The notes under the pieces: model-generated
Databases searched by the model: none
What the model saw: only the letters and a program-made list of their open reading frames with translations
What the model was told of the DNA's origin: nothing
Source of the DNA: Actinomycetota bacterium
GTDB taxonomy: Bacteria > Actinomycetota > Acidimicrobiia > IMCC26256 > PALSA-610
Assembly: GCA_005772765.1 (NCBI GenBank)
Contig: SXIR01000170.1
Coordinates: 1-58,975 of the forward strand
Direction of reading: 5' to 3'
DNA length: 58,975 nt
Shown: positions 47,139-57,025 of the stretch, piece by piece
How the letters are laid out: each line of letters opens with the position of its first letter
Numbering within the stretch: position 1 is the first letter of the stretch
Position numbers and translations under genes: made by a program

Positions 47139-50100
47139 TCAGACGTAAGTGAAGAGCACTCGTGCGCTTCCCGTGCGGTCGTAGTGCTCGACGACGACGG
47201 TGTGCGCACCTGCGGTCATCATGTATTGCGTGCTGTACGACGTTGGGAGGTGGTCCGACCAGCCGTTCAGCACGAGCACGCCGTCGATCCACAAACGGAT
47301 GCCGTCATCGCCTCGGATCGTGAAGGTGTACTGCCGGGCCGCGAACGTGTCGGTGCGGGTGTATCGCGTGGAGAAGTTGTCGACTGGCAAGCCGGAGTTC
47401 GGGGGTGCGCCGGCCCACGTCTCGTTGATCGTGGCGTCACAGCCGGATGTCGTGGGTATGCCACCCAAGGTCGGATTGGCGTAGTACTCCACCCGGAACG
47501 AGGTTGTCGCACACGCAGGCACCGGCACCGGCGCGTGCTGGAGCCGAGCGACGGCGCGCCCTGTCCGTTCGTAGTACTCCATGACGACGGTGTGATTTCC
47601 TGCAGTGAGGTTCGTTGTTGCCGCGAAGGTCGCAGGTGTCGTTCGGTCGTTCCATTGGTCGATCAGCACTGTGCCGTCGACGATGAGGCGAACGCCGTCG
47701 GACGCGCTGACCCAGAAGGTATGTGGGCCGGCGGGGTACGTCTGGGTGCCTGTCCAGCGGGCCGAGAAGTTGTCGGCTGGGCTGCCGAGGGCCGAGGGCC
47801 CGCTCCACGCCCAGTCATAGGCGGGTGGTGCGACCTCGCACCCGGTCGCCGGGGTCCCGCTCAACGTTCGGCCGACGTAGTACTCCGCCCGATACGTGCC
47901 GAGGGCGCAACCGGCAGCGACGAACGCAACTTGGTAGGTGGCATTGTTGGCGGGCGCGGTGATGGTGTGCGTTCGAGCGCCGCCGTCCGACCAACTCGCG
48001 AATGAGTAGGACGCGCCCGCGATCGTTTGCGGCGTCGCGGCACCGACCGACAGGGCGCTGCCGACGATCACCCGGTGGGTGACCGGGGACGGGCTCGTTG
48101 TCGCGCCGACTGTGACCTCGAGCCCGACGGGAGTCGAGGTGAACAGCAGGTCGACGGTGCGTGGGTCGAGCCGTCGACTCACGGTGGTCGACAACCCGCC
48201 GGCGTCCGTCGCGGTCAGGCGGAGTTCGAGGTGTGACGGATACTCATGGTCCGGCGCGGCGAAGCTCCCACTCGCGACGCCGGGCCAGGATCCGAACTGG
48301 TGCTCGTGGCAGTTCGACGGACAGTGCTGCATGATCAACTCCCACGACAACGACGTGGGCGGGAGCGCGCCCTGTTGCGCGTCCGTGGCCGCGCCGCTGA
48401 ACGACACGAGGTCGCCGACCGCCCAGGTGCTCGCAGCCAATGGTGTTGTGATGGTCGGAACCGGGGGAGTATTGCCCGGCGACACGGTCACCGTCGCCAG
48501 CGAACTGGCCCCACGGGTGTCCGTGACGCGGACCTGAACCTGGACCGTGCCTGCGACGGTGTAGGTCGCCGATGGGCTCACGCTCGTCGCGTCGTCGAAC
48601 TCGCCGTCGGCGTCGAGATCCCAGGCGTAGGTGAGGGGGAGATCGCCGTCGGGATCACTCGACGTCGACGCGTCGAATTGCACCGTGAGCGGCACCGCGC
48701 CTGACTGCGGGCTTGCCATTGCCGCCGCGATCGGTGGCGTGTTGCCCGTGTAGCTGATGCGGTGGAGCGTGCCACCCTCGATGTCGAGGTAGTAGAGGTT
48801 GCCATCCGGGCCCGTCTGGAGCCAGGTCGGACCGACCGCGCCCGATTCGAACTTGACGATTGCCGCCGGATTGGGTTCGCCGTTGGCGTCGGGGGTCATG
48901 GCCCAGATACAGCCGCGGCTGTAATCGGCGAAGAACAATGCGTTCCGGTACGGCGCCGGCCACGTCGGGTTGGCGACGAATGCGACGCCGGTGCTCGAAC
49001 TCGACCCGACCGGGCAACCATCTCCCGGTACGACCGGATCACTGTGACGGTACGTGAAATGCGGCGCGACGACGCCGCTGGTGCCTTGCGCGTAGAGCGT
49101 CTCGCACACACTCAGGTCGGCACCGTCGTAGCCCGCTTGGCGCCCGACGCCCTCGTAACACGGCCAGCCGTAGTTCTCCGCAATGCCGCCCGTGCCACCG
49201 GGGATCTTGTTGATTTCTTCCCAGGTCTGCCAGCCCACATCGCCGAAGTAGATGTCGCTCGTCCCGGGCCGGAAGGTGAAGCGCAGCGGGTTGCGCATGC
49301 CGTAGGCCCAGATCCGCCGCCGGTTCGGGTCGGTGCTGTTGATCATCGGGTTCCCGGGCGCGCCTTCGCCGGTGTCGGGGTCGATACGAATGATCGTGCC
49401 GTCGAGCGACGCGTTCTCGTTCAGGGCTCGACGCGGGGATTGCGACCGCAACGCACCGCCCTTTGCCGTCGGCGGCGTGAGGTTGGTACCGGCCGCGCTG
49501 GGTGGGTCGCCGCAGATGTTCTGCGTTTGGCCGTAGTCGATGGCGAGGTACCCAGCGCCGTCGCCGCCGCTCGCGTACAGGTAACCGTCGGGACCGAACT
49601 GCAACGACCCGATGGTGTGGGTCGAAAACTGGATACACCAGTCGTTGACCAGTACCTGTTCAGCTGTCGCGGTGTTGCCGCTCAGCGTCAGCTTCGAGAG
49701 CCGCGCGCTCGCGATGCAGCCGCCGGTGTTGATCCCGGGCGGCGTTGGGCAGTCGTCCCACTGCTTCGGCGGAACGCCCCAACGCGGCGCGGTGCCGCCG
49801 ATTGCGGCGTCGAACGTGTACAAGACGTAGAGGTAGGGACGGGTTGGGAACTGCGGGTCGAGCGCGAGCCCGAGTAATCCTCGGTCGTACTGGTTGTAGA
49901 CGCTCACCGAGAGGTCCATCACCGTCGTTGCGGTGTTGTCCGCGAGGTTGTCGTAGACCTTCACGACGCCCGTGCGGTCGCCGACGAAGACGCGACCATC
50001 GGGCGCGAACGCCAACGCGCCGGGAAAGTTCAAGCCCGTTTTGACGACGGTATCGGAGAACCCCGGTGGCAGACTCGGTGCCGCCAACGCTGCGTCCTGG

Positions 50101-50174
50101 CCGACGACGACCGGAACCAGTGCTGCGAGCGCGACTGCGCAAGCCGCGACGAAGGTCGTGCGCCCGTAGGACAT
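47139..50174 (-). CDS. Secreted PQQ-dependent sugar dehydrogenase-like (GSDH) + PKD + 2 PA14 domains
   Basis: 'DRGLLGLALDPQF', 'HTIGSLQFGPDGYLYASGGDG', 'GMRNPLR', 'NYGWPCYEG'; PKD 'YAWDLD.DG'; 'SDGVRL', 'DDGIRLWIDG'. Confidence 0.85.
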   Translation of the reverse strand: MSYGRTTFVAACAVALAALVPVVVGQDAALAAPSLPPGFSDTVVKTGLNFPGALAFAPDGRVFVGDRTGVVKVYDNLADNTATTVMDLSVSVYNQYDRGLLGLALDPQFPTRPYLYVLYTFDAAIGGTAPRWGVPPKQWDDCPTPPGINTGGCIASARLSKLTLSGNTATAEQVLVNDWCIQFSTHTIGSLQFGPDGYLYASGGDGAGYLAIDYGQTQNICGDPPSAAGTNLTPPTAKGGALRSQSPRRALNENASLDGTIIRIDPDTGEGAPGNPMINSTDPNRRRIWAYGMRNPLRFTFRPGTSDIYFGDVGWQTWEEINKIPGGTGGIAENYGWPCYEGVGRQAGYDGADLSVCETLYAQGTSGVVAPHFTYRHSDPVVPGDGCPVGSSSSTGVAFVANPTWPAPYRNALFFADYSRGCIWAMTPDANGEPNPAAIVKFESGAVGPTWLQTGPDGNLYYLDIEGGTLHRISYTGNTPPIAAAMASPQSGAVPLTVQFDASTSSDPDGDLPLTYAWDLDADGEFDDATSVSPSATYTVAGTVQVQVRVTDTRGASSLATVTVSPGNTPPVPTITTPLAASTWAVGDLVSFSGAATDAQQGALPPTSLSWELIMQHCPSNCHEHQFGSWPGVASGSFAAPDHEYPSHLELRLTATDAGGLSTTVSRRLDPRTVDLLFTSTPVGLEVTVGATTSPSPVTHRVIVGSALSVGAATPQTIAGASYSFASWSDGGARTHTITAPANNATYQVAFVAAGCALGTYRAEYYVGRTLSGTPATGCEVAPPAYDWAWSGPSALGSPADNFSARWTGTQTYPAGPHTFWVSASDGVRLIVDGTVLIDQWNDRTTPATFAATTNLTAGNHTVVMEYYERTGRAVARLQHAPVPVPACATTSFRVEYYANPTLGGIPTTSGCDATINETWAGAPPNSGLPVDNFSTRYTRTDTFAARQYTFTIRGDDGIRLWIDGVLVLNGWSDHLPTSYSTQYMMTAGAHTVVVEHYDRTGSARVLFTYV

Positions 50175-50240
50175 CCATCCCCCGATGTGTCAATCCGTGG
50201 CCCGGACGCGACCAGCCTCGCGCCGGGTGATGCTGGTGCT

Positions 50241-53200
50241 TCAGGTGATCGAAGATCCGATCATCCGGATCCTTCGATTGTTGCGGTCGGCGAAGAGCAA
50301 CGATCCGTCGGGCGCGAACGTCACACCGAAGGTTCGGTTGATGAGCGCGTAGGTGCCCGGCAGCCCGTTCCCCGACGAGCCACCCGTTCCGGCGCCCGCG
50401 ATCGTGGAGATCACTTGCGACGTCAGGTCGATCGACCGGATGCGGTTGTTGAAGAAGTCCGAGAACACCAACGTCGTGCCGTCCGCGGACAACTCGAGGT
50501 CGCTCGGTTGGTAGATGTCGGCGAAGGCGGCCGGGATGCCATCGCCGTTGTACCCGGCAATGCCGGTACCGGCGATCGTGCTCACGAGCCCGCTCGCTGC
50601 CTCGACGAAACGGATGCGGTTGTTGCGGTAGTCGGCGATGTACAGGTTGCCCGCCGCGTCGGGAACCACCGCGTACGGTTCCCAGATGGTCGTCGCGAGT
50701 GCATCGAGGCCGTCGCCGTTGTAGCCGGTGCCGCCGTTGCCGACCGCAGTGGAGATAACGCCGGTTGCCGCGGTGACCTTGCGGATCCGGTTGTTCGCTC
50801 GGTCAGCGATGAACAGGTTGTCGTTGGCGTCGAAGCTGATTCCGGCCGGGTTCCGCAGCCGGGCGCTCGTTGCTGCGCCGCCGTCACCAGTGAAGCCAGA
50901 ACTGCCGGTTCCGGCGACCGCCGTGATGACACCGGTTGCCGCGGTGACCTTGCGGACGACGTGGTTGTTGGTATCGGCGATGTAGAGGTCGCCGTTGGAT
51001 GCGATTGCCAAACCTTGCGGGCCGCGCATCTGCGCCGCGACCGCAGGGCCGCCGTTGCCGAGGTACCCGGCCGTGCCGGTGCCCGCGTACGTCGTGACGT
51101 TGCCGGTGATTGCGTCGATTCGCCGAACCTTGTTGTTGCCCGAGTCCGCGTAGTACACGTTGCCCGCGGCGTCGGTGACAACCTTGCTCGGCGTGTTCAT
51201 CGACGATTGCGTCGCGGGCACGTTGTCGCTGCCGGTGCCGGTGGCGCCATTGCCGCCGAAGATGCTGACCATCGTTTGACCGCAGCTCGTTGCCGCATAG
51301 TTCGTCGCCATGTCGAACAATGCGTACATCGTCGTCGACCAGGCCGATGGCGCTGGATTGGTACCCGGGAACCCGATGCGACACCCCGGTGCTGGGGTTC
51401 CGTCGTACAGCAGGTCTTGGGGTCGGTAGGCAAAGATCGTCGGGTTGCCCGCAACCGTCGCGACGACATCCGCAGTCGTCGCCGGAACGCCCCAGGCCGT
51501 GCTGCGATTCAAACCGGTCGCGTCGATCGTGATGGCCCCCGAGCGAGCCGCTGCCAATGGGTGAGTCGGCTGGGTAATCGTGATCTGCGCCGCGGTGGTG
51601 AGGCCACGATCGGCCGCGCCCGCGCCCGTCATGCGCATGAGGTCGTACATCGAGTGTTTGAACACGATGACCGGTTCTTGGACGTCACGCAGGCGGGTCC
51701 CGAGCGCCGAAGTGATCACCGACGAGGACAACACCACGAGGCGCTTGCCGGGGGTGTTCGCCGCTTGCACCGTGTTGTCATCCGCGACGGTCACCGTGTA
51801 GCCGCGAGCGATGAGTCGGCTGCGAACCGCCGTTTCCGCGGGTGTGAGCGCGGCGGGCGTGGGCACGACGAGCAAGACGTCGCCGCTGTTCGGAGGTGCC
51901 GTCATGTTGTGGGTGATCGACTGCGCCGCAACGACCGGGTTGCCGTTGTGGTTGCCGCCTGCCGTGAAGGTGACGCGCGGCTGCTCGCCGAACAAGCCGA
52001 TCACCGGCGCGGTGAAGTCGCAGCGGTACAAGGCGTTCGGCGCGATTGTCTGCGGGGCTGCGCAGTTGCCTTGTCCGTGGAGGTCGCCGAACAAGTCGGT
52101 GGTCAAGGATGACAGTTCGATCGGTTGGTGCAGGTCGAGGTTCATGACCGTGATCGAGTACTGCACGTCGGCGCCAGGGACCGGCACCTGCGTCATGGTG
52201 CCGACGACGCGAATGCGCAACCACGACGACGGAGCGTCGATGATCTCGACACCCGAGCGATCCGAACCCGAGATGGTCGCGCCGTTGGCGGTGCCCGACG
52301 CCGTGGAAACCGACGAGAGCACGGTGCCTTCGATGGTGCCATTGATCTGTTCAGGTACCGAGCACGAGTAGGTCGTGCCTGGACCAAGGAGTTGCGGTAC
52401 CGCGCACGTCCCGACGCCGTTGAGGTTGCCGAGCGAGGTGTCGTTCAGCGTCGTGACGTTGATGTCTCGATCGCTGAACGTGTTCTTCAGTGTGATGGTG
52501 TGCGTCGTGGGCCCACCTGGGTCGACAACGAAGAACGGGTAGGAATATTTTCGGACCTTCAAGCCCGGGGTGGGCGCAGCAAACTGTGCGTAGCCGCCGT
52601 GCGCGACACCACCGAACAACGTTCCATCATGGCCTGCGAGCAAACCGACTGGCGTGGTCTCGAGGGTCAGGACGCCACGGAACCCGTTCGTGGTCGGGTT
52701 CCACGACAGCGCACTGCCGTCGAGGGGACTGAGCGCGGCGACCTGGAAGCGGTCTTCGGTGTCGGTCTCGGTTTCGAGGTATCGGAAGTGGCCGCCGATG
52801 TAGACCGCGTCGGTGGTATAGGCGACGGCTTCGATCGTGTCGCCGATCTTCTTGTACCACTCGACGGCGACACCCGCGCCGCCGGCTACGGGGAACTGCA
52901 CGGCAGTGTCACACGCCGTGAAGTAGTGATGGCCGGACGTGACGATCACCATCTTCTGACCGTCGGGTGAAATGGAGACGTCGCGCATCCAGCCCTTGCG
53001 GCCCGATGAGCACGGCACGTCGAAGAATGGCGTGGTCCAGCCGTTGACTTCCGCGGTGAGACCGGTCAAGTCGATCTGGGCGATCATCGGACGTTCGATG
53101 CCGTCGACGTATCGGAAGTTGCCGATGACGACGAGGGTCGCAGCGTCGGGGGTGATGTCCATGGCGCGAACCTCTGCGGTTGGCGCGAGGTCGTTGGTGG

Positions 53201-54905
53201 GGCCAGTGATCGGGAGGTCGAACGTGACGTCGATCGCTCCGGTTGTCAGATCGACGGAGCCGATCTGGTTGCGCGGCTGACCTGCGATCGTCAGGAAGTT
53301 GCCGCCGAGGTAGATCTTGTTGTGCACTGAATCGACGGCGATGTCTTTGACGTAGCCGCCGCCGACACTGCCGATGAATCCGGCAACGAGATCGCCGTTC
53401 ATGTCGAGCTTTGCGAGCTTGGGGCTCGGCACTCCGTTGACGGTGTTGAAGTCGCCGCCGATGATGAGGTTGCCGGAACCGTCGGGTTTGGCGATGAAGA
53501 CGGGGCCGTCCAACACCGGATCAAAGTTCAGGTCGATGGCCTTCGTCGCTGCGTCCATCGCGATCAGGTAGTTGCGGCCGATCACGCCGTAGTCGCTGAA
53601 GTCGCCGCCGACGAGCAACCGTGTGCCGTCGCGCACCAGCGTTTCGATCCCGAAGCTCACCTTCGGCGTGCGCGCCAGCGCCAGCGGAGTCGCGAACGGC
53701 GACGTCACGAAGGACACGGCGTTGGTGGAGATGTTCACCCGACCGAGGTGGTACGGCGCGCTGCGCTCGGGGTCGAGTCGGAAACTCCCAGCGAACTCGA
53801 GATTCGAGTTGGTTGCATCGAACGAGATTGCTTTGACCATGCTCGGCGGTCGCCAGTTGCCGACCGTCACGGCCCGCAAGGCGTTGGAGTCGGTTGCGAC
53901 GCCGCCGATGTACTGACGCGAGACGCCCCCGATCGTGGTGAACGCGCCGCCGAGATAGATCGTCGCGTCGTCGGCGCTGATCTCGATGTCGGCCACGGTC
54001 CCGTTGAGAATCGGATTCCACGGGTCGAGCGCACCGGTCGTCGCGTCGACTGCGGCGACGAACTTGCGATCGATGTTGTTGACCTTCACGAAGTCGCCAC
54101 CGACGAACAAGCGCGTGCCTGCTTGATCGATGGCCCGGACCGCGAGGTTCACCGGGCCGGGCACGAAGGTCGTGTCGTGTGCGCCCGTCGCGGCGTCGAG
54201 CGAGGCGAGTCGCTTGACGTTGGTGTTGCCGTTGAGCGACGTGAAGTCGCCGCCGACGTACAGACGCGTCCCGTCGTCGGACAGCAAGATCGCACGCGCC
54301 GTTGCGTTGATCGGCCCGCTCCACAACAACGCACCCGTCGTGCGGTCGACCTTGGCGACGCGTCCAGTCGACGCACCGTTGACGTTGGTGAAGGCACCGG
54401 CGAGATACACGCCGTCGACGCCCACCTGCACCGACCACACGGGCGCGTTGGTGTCGGCAACGAAGGCGGTCACTGCGTTCGCAACGTCGACGTGGACGAC
54501 GTTGGCTCGCGGGAGCCCGCCTGCGTTCGCGAAGTCGCCAACGAGATACCAACCGCCGCTTCCATCGCGCGCCGCGGCATGCACTGCGCCCTGGATGTCA
54601 GGAAATCCGGCCGTGAAGCTCGAACTGGTCACGTCGGCGACGCCCGCGCCACCGCGCATGCCCGGTGCGACCTGGGTGAACGTGCCGCCGGCGAAGGTTC
54701 GACCACTTGTGTAGGCGACCGTGCGCACCTCGCCGTTGACGGTGTGCGCGGTGTCGTCGACCGGACGTTCGGCCACCACGCCCCCGAGATCGGTGCCCAC
54801 CGCTCCCGCAGGCTGCGGGCGATCGCCCGTGGCCGCAATGGCCCCCACGAGTAATCCAGCTACCAACGTCGAGGCAGCAACTACTTCAATCGGTCGATTT
54901 CGCAC
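50241..54905 (-). CDS. Large secreted protein: tandem propellers, two Ig-like domains, alpha/beta domain, NHL repeats
   Basis: Signal peptide; 'LYVGGDF' blades; 'GDLYIADTNNHVVRKV..AGTG..G..GDGG.A' NHL repeats. Confidence 0.85.
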   Translation of the reverse strand: MRNRPIEVVAASTLVAGLLVGAIAATGDRPQPAGAVGTDLGGVVAERPVDDTAHTVNGEVRTVAYTSGRTFAGGTFTQVAPGMRGGAGVADVTSSSFTAGFPDIQGAVHAAARDGSGGWYLVGDFANAGGLPRANVVHVDVANAVTAFVADTNAPVWSVQVGVDGVYLAGAFTNVNGASTGRVAKVDRTTGALLWSGPINATARAILLSDDGTRLYVGGDFTSLNGNTNVKRLASLDAATGAHDTTFVPGPVNLAVRAIDQAGTRLFVGGDFVKVNNIDRKFVAAVDATTGALDPWNPILNGTVADIEISADDATIYLGGAFTTIGGVSRQYIGGVATDSNALRAVTVGNWRPPSMVKAISFDATNSNLEFAGSFRLDPERSAPYHLGRVNISTNAVSFVTSPFATPLALARTPKVSFGIETLVRDGTRLLVGGDFSDYGVIGRNYLIAMDAATKAIDLNFDPVLDGPVFIAKPDGSGNLIIGGDFNTVNGVPSPKLAKLDMNGDLVAGFIGSVGGGYVKDIAVDSVHNKIYLGGNFLTIAGQPRNQIGSVDLTTGAIDVTFDLPITGPTNDLAPTAEVRAMDITPDAATLVVIGNFRYVDGIERPMIAQIDLTGLTAEVNGWTTPFFDVPCSSGRKGWMRDVSISPDGQKMVIVTSGHHYFTACDTAVQFPVAGGAGVAVEWYKKIGDTIEAVAYTTDAVYIGGHFRYLETETDTEDRFQVAALSPLDGSALSWNPTTNGFRGVLTLETTPVGLLAGHDGTLFGGVAHGGYAQFAAPTPGLKVRKYSYPFFVVDPGGPTTHTITLKNTFSDRDINVTTLNDTSLGNLNGVGTCAVPQLLGPGTTYSCSVPEQINGTIEGTVLSSVSTASGTANGATISGSDRSGVEIIDAPSSWLRIRVVGTMTQVPVPGADVQYSITVMNLDLHQPIELSSLTTDLFGDLHGQGNCAAPQTIAPNALYRCDFTAPVIGLFGEQPRVTFTAGGNHNGNPVVAAQSITHNMTAPPNSGDVLLVVPTPAALTPAETAVRSRLIARGYTVTVADDNTVQAANTPGKRLVVLSSSVITSALGTRLRDVQEPVIVFKHSMYDLMRMTGAGAADRGLTTAAQITITQPTHPLAAARSGAITIDATGLNRSTAWGVPATTADVVATVAGNPTIFAYRPQDLLYDGTPAPGCRIGFPGTNPAPSAWSTTMYALFDMATNYAATSCGQTMVSIFGGNGATGTGSDNVPATQSSMNTPSKVVTDAAGNVYYADSGNNKVRRIDAITGNVTTYAGTGTAGYLGNGGPAVAAQMRGPQGLAIASNGDLYIADTNNHVVRKVTAATGVITAVAGTGSSGFTGDGGAATSARLRNPAGISFDANDNLFIADRANNRIRKVTAATGVISTAVGNGGTGYNGDGLDALATTIWEPYAVVPDAAGNLYIADYRNNRIRFVEAASGLVSTIAGTGIAGYNGDGIPAAFADIYQPSDLELSADGTTLVFSDFFNNRIRSIDLTSQVISTIAGAGTGGSSGNGLPGTYALINRTFGVTFAPDGSLLFADRNNRRIRMIGSSIT

Positions 54906-55201
54906 AGCCCACTCGATCTGTTCGCGCCGCGATTTGGCGCGCGTGCATCAGCACACGTGCGGGCGGCTCCAGCCCTCTCCACCCGGCGCGACCACCCTAC
55001 GTGGTGCTCGGCCGCGAGTTCAAGCGGTATCGGACGATCCGTCAACCGACCTGAGTGGCTTTGCTGTTGACGATGTGGGGCTTCGATGCGCGCTTGGCTC
55101 CCGACAGGGTCACACTCGGTGAGCGACCTTCGGTCACATCCTCGACGGCGGGCGGGGCCGAGACCAGGCGGCTGCCCGTTCGTCCCCTAACTTCGGCGGC
55201 C

Positions 55202-56173
55202 ATGCGAACCTTGGTCATCGGCGGTGCCGGCTACATCGGCAGCGTCGTCTCGTCGTATCTCATCGCCGAAGGCCACGAGGTGATCGTTCTCGACGATTTG
55301 TCCAAAGGCCACGATTGGGCGGTACCTGACGGCGCCGACTTCGTCCGCGGCGACGTCACGTGTCTGGATGACGTTGTCGGTGCGATGCGGGGCTGCGACT
55401 CGGTCATGCACTTCGCCGCGCTGTCGCTCGTCGGCGAGTCGATGACCGATCCGCTCCGATATTTCCGAGTCAACGTCGGCGGGACCGTCAACGTTCTCGA
55501 TGCGATGACGCTGACAGGTTGTTCGCGGCTCGTCTTCTCGTCGACCGCCGCCACCTACGGCGAACCCGAATCGGTGCCCATCTTGGAATCGGCACCGACT
55601 CGACCCACCAACGCCTACGGAGCCGCCAAACTCGCGGCCGACCACGCCATTTCGTTTGCGTGTGCAGCAAGTGGACTCGCAGCCACGAGCCTGCGTTATT
55701 TCAATGTGGCTGGCGCGGCCTACGGCTGTGGCGAGGATCACGACCCCGAAACCCACCTCATCCCGCTCGTACTCCAAGCCGCCGCCCGCACTCGCCCCCA
55801 TATCTCGGTCTACGGCACCGACTACCCAACCCCCGACGGCACGGCGATTCGCGACTACATCCACGTCGCCGACCTCGCACGGGCGCACCTGCTCGCACTG
55901 GGCGGAGCCGAACCCGGCGAGCATCGTGTCTACAACCTCGGCAACGGGCGGGGATTCAGTGTGCGCGAGGTAATCGATGCAGCTCGCCTGGTCACCGGGG
56001 TCGACATCCCCGTCGTCGAGAGCGATCGGCGCGCCGGCGACCCGGCTGTGCTCGTCGCGTCGAGTACGAGAATCCAGGCCGAGTTGGGCTGGTCGCCCCA
56101 ATTGCCCGATCTCGAAACGATGATCGGCGACGCGTGGGCATTCGCGCAGACCCACCCCGACCATCACCACTGA
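55202..56173 (+). CDS. galE: UDP-glucose 4-epimerase
   Basis: 'GGAGYIGS', 'FSSTAATYG', 'YGAAK', 'LRYFNVAGA', 'RDYIHV'. Confidence 0.95.
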   Translation: MRTLVIGGAGYIGSVVSSYLIAEGHEVIVLDDLSKGHDWAVPDGADFVRGDVTCLDDVVGAMRGCDSVMHFAALSLVGESMTDPLRYFRVNVGGTVNVLDAMTLTGCSRLVFSSTAATYGEPESVPILESAPTRPTNAYGAAKLAADHAISFACAASGLAATSLRYFNVAGAAYGCGEDHDPETHLIPLVLQAAARTRPHISVYGTDYPTPDGTAIRDYIHVADLARAHLLALGGAEPGEHRVYNLGNGRGFSVREVIDAARLVTGVDIPVVESDRRAGDPAVLVASSTRIQAELGWSPQLPDLETMIGDAWAFAQTHPDHHH

Positions 56174-56317
56174 CGCCGACCAACTGGCTCGACCAATTGC
56201 GGTCGACGTGCGGTCCACATGGGCTCGACATGGGGGCGACGTGTGGTCGGCCTCCGGTCGACGCGTTTCGCAGCGCTATTTCTGTTGTTCGTGCCGGTAC
56301 CGAGACCTCAGCGCGGG

Positions 56318-56390
56318 TAGGATCGGGCGAGTTCGGTTCCGAGTGCCGGTCAGGCCGGCGGGAAACGTGCGCCGCGGCGCACGTTTTTTC
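56318..56390 (+). promoter_or_regulatory. Putative rimP leader: -10-like TAGGAT followed by intrinsic terminator/attenuator
   Basis: 24-bp perfect palindrome aaacgtgcgccgcggcgcacgttt (56363-56386) running into a T tract, about 40 nt upstream of rimP. Confidence 0.65.
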
Positions 56391-56426
56391 TTGGGCTGAC
56401 GCCGGTGAACGAGTGCGAGAAGGCAG

Positions 56427-56975
56427 GTGATGATGAGCGCAACCAACGAGTCGATCGAACGCGCCATCGCCCCGCTCGTCGCGGCTCGCAATCTGTGCCT
56501 CTACGACATCGAACTCTCGGGCTCGGGGCGAGCACGCGTCCTGCGCGTGACCGTCACCGACGCCGAAGGGCGCGGGCCCGACATCGACCAACTCGCCTCC
56601 TTGACGCGCGAGATCGACCCCGTGGTCGAAGCCGCCGTCGACGGAGGCTTCTCACTCGAAGTGTCGAGTCCTGGTCTCGAACGATCGTTGCGCCGGCCCG
56701 AGCACTTCGCAACGGCGCGCGGTCAGCGGGTTGCGTTGAAGGCTCGCGGCGACGATGGCGCCTCGACCCGCCTGGTCGGCACGCTGACCAGCGCCGACGC
56801 CACCTCGATCGAAGTACTCGATGACGACGGTGCCATGGTCACGCTCGACCTCGACGCGATCACCTCCGCACGAACCTTGTTCGAATGGGGACCCGCACCT
56901 CGGCCCGGCAAAGGCTCGAAGCCAGGGTCGGCCAAGCAGCACGCCGCCAAAACCTCGACGACAGGACGCACCTGA
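56427..56975 (+). CDS. rimP: Ribosome maturation factor RimP
   Basis: 'LEVSSPGLERSLRRPEHF'; synteny with nusA. Confidence 0.93.
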   Translation: MMMSATNESIERAIAPLVAARNLCLYDIELSGSGRARVLRVTVTDAEGRGPDIDQLASLTREIDPVVEAAVDGGFSLEVSSPGLERSLRRPEHFATARGQRVALKARGDDGASTRLVGTLTSADATSIEVLDDDGAMVTLDLDAITSARTLFEWGPAPRPGKGSKPGSAKQHAAKTSTTGRT

Positions 56976-57025
56976 ATCATGACGTCTTGCGCAGCAACGA
57001 CGACGACACGACAAGGGGACCGACG

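Noticed and set aside
26066-52112. Long antisense or off-frame ORFs (26066-28447, 31398-33119, 33218-35149, 50187-52112)
   Set aside because: Shadows of the large secreted-protein genes with no recognisable motifs
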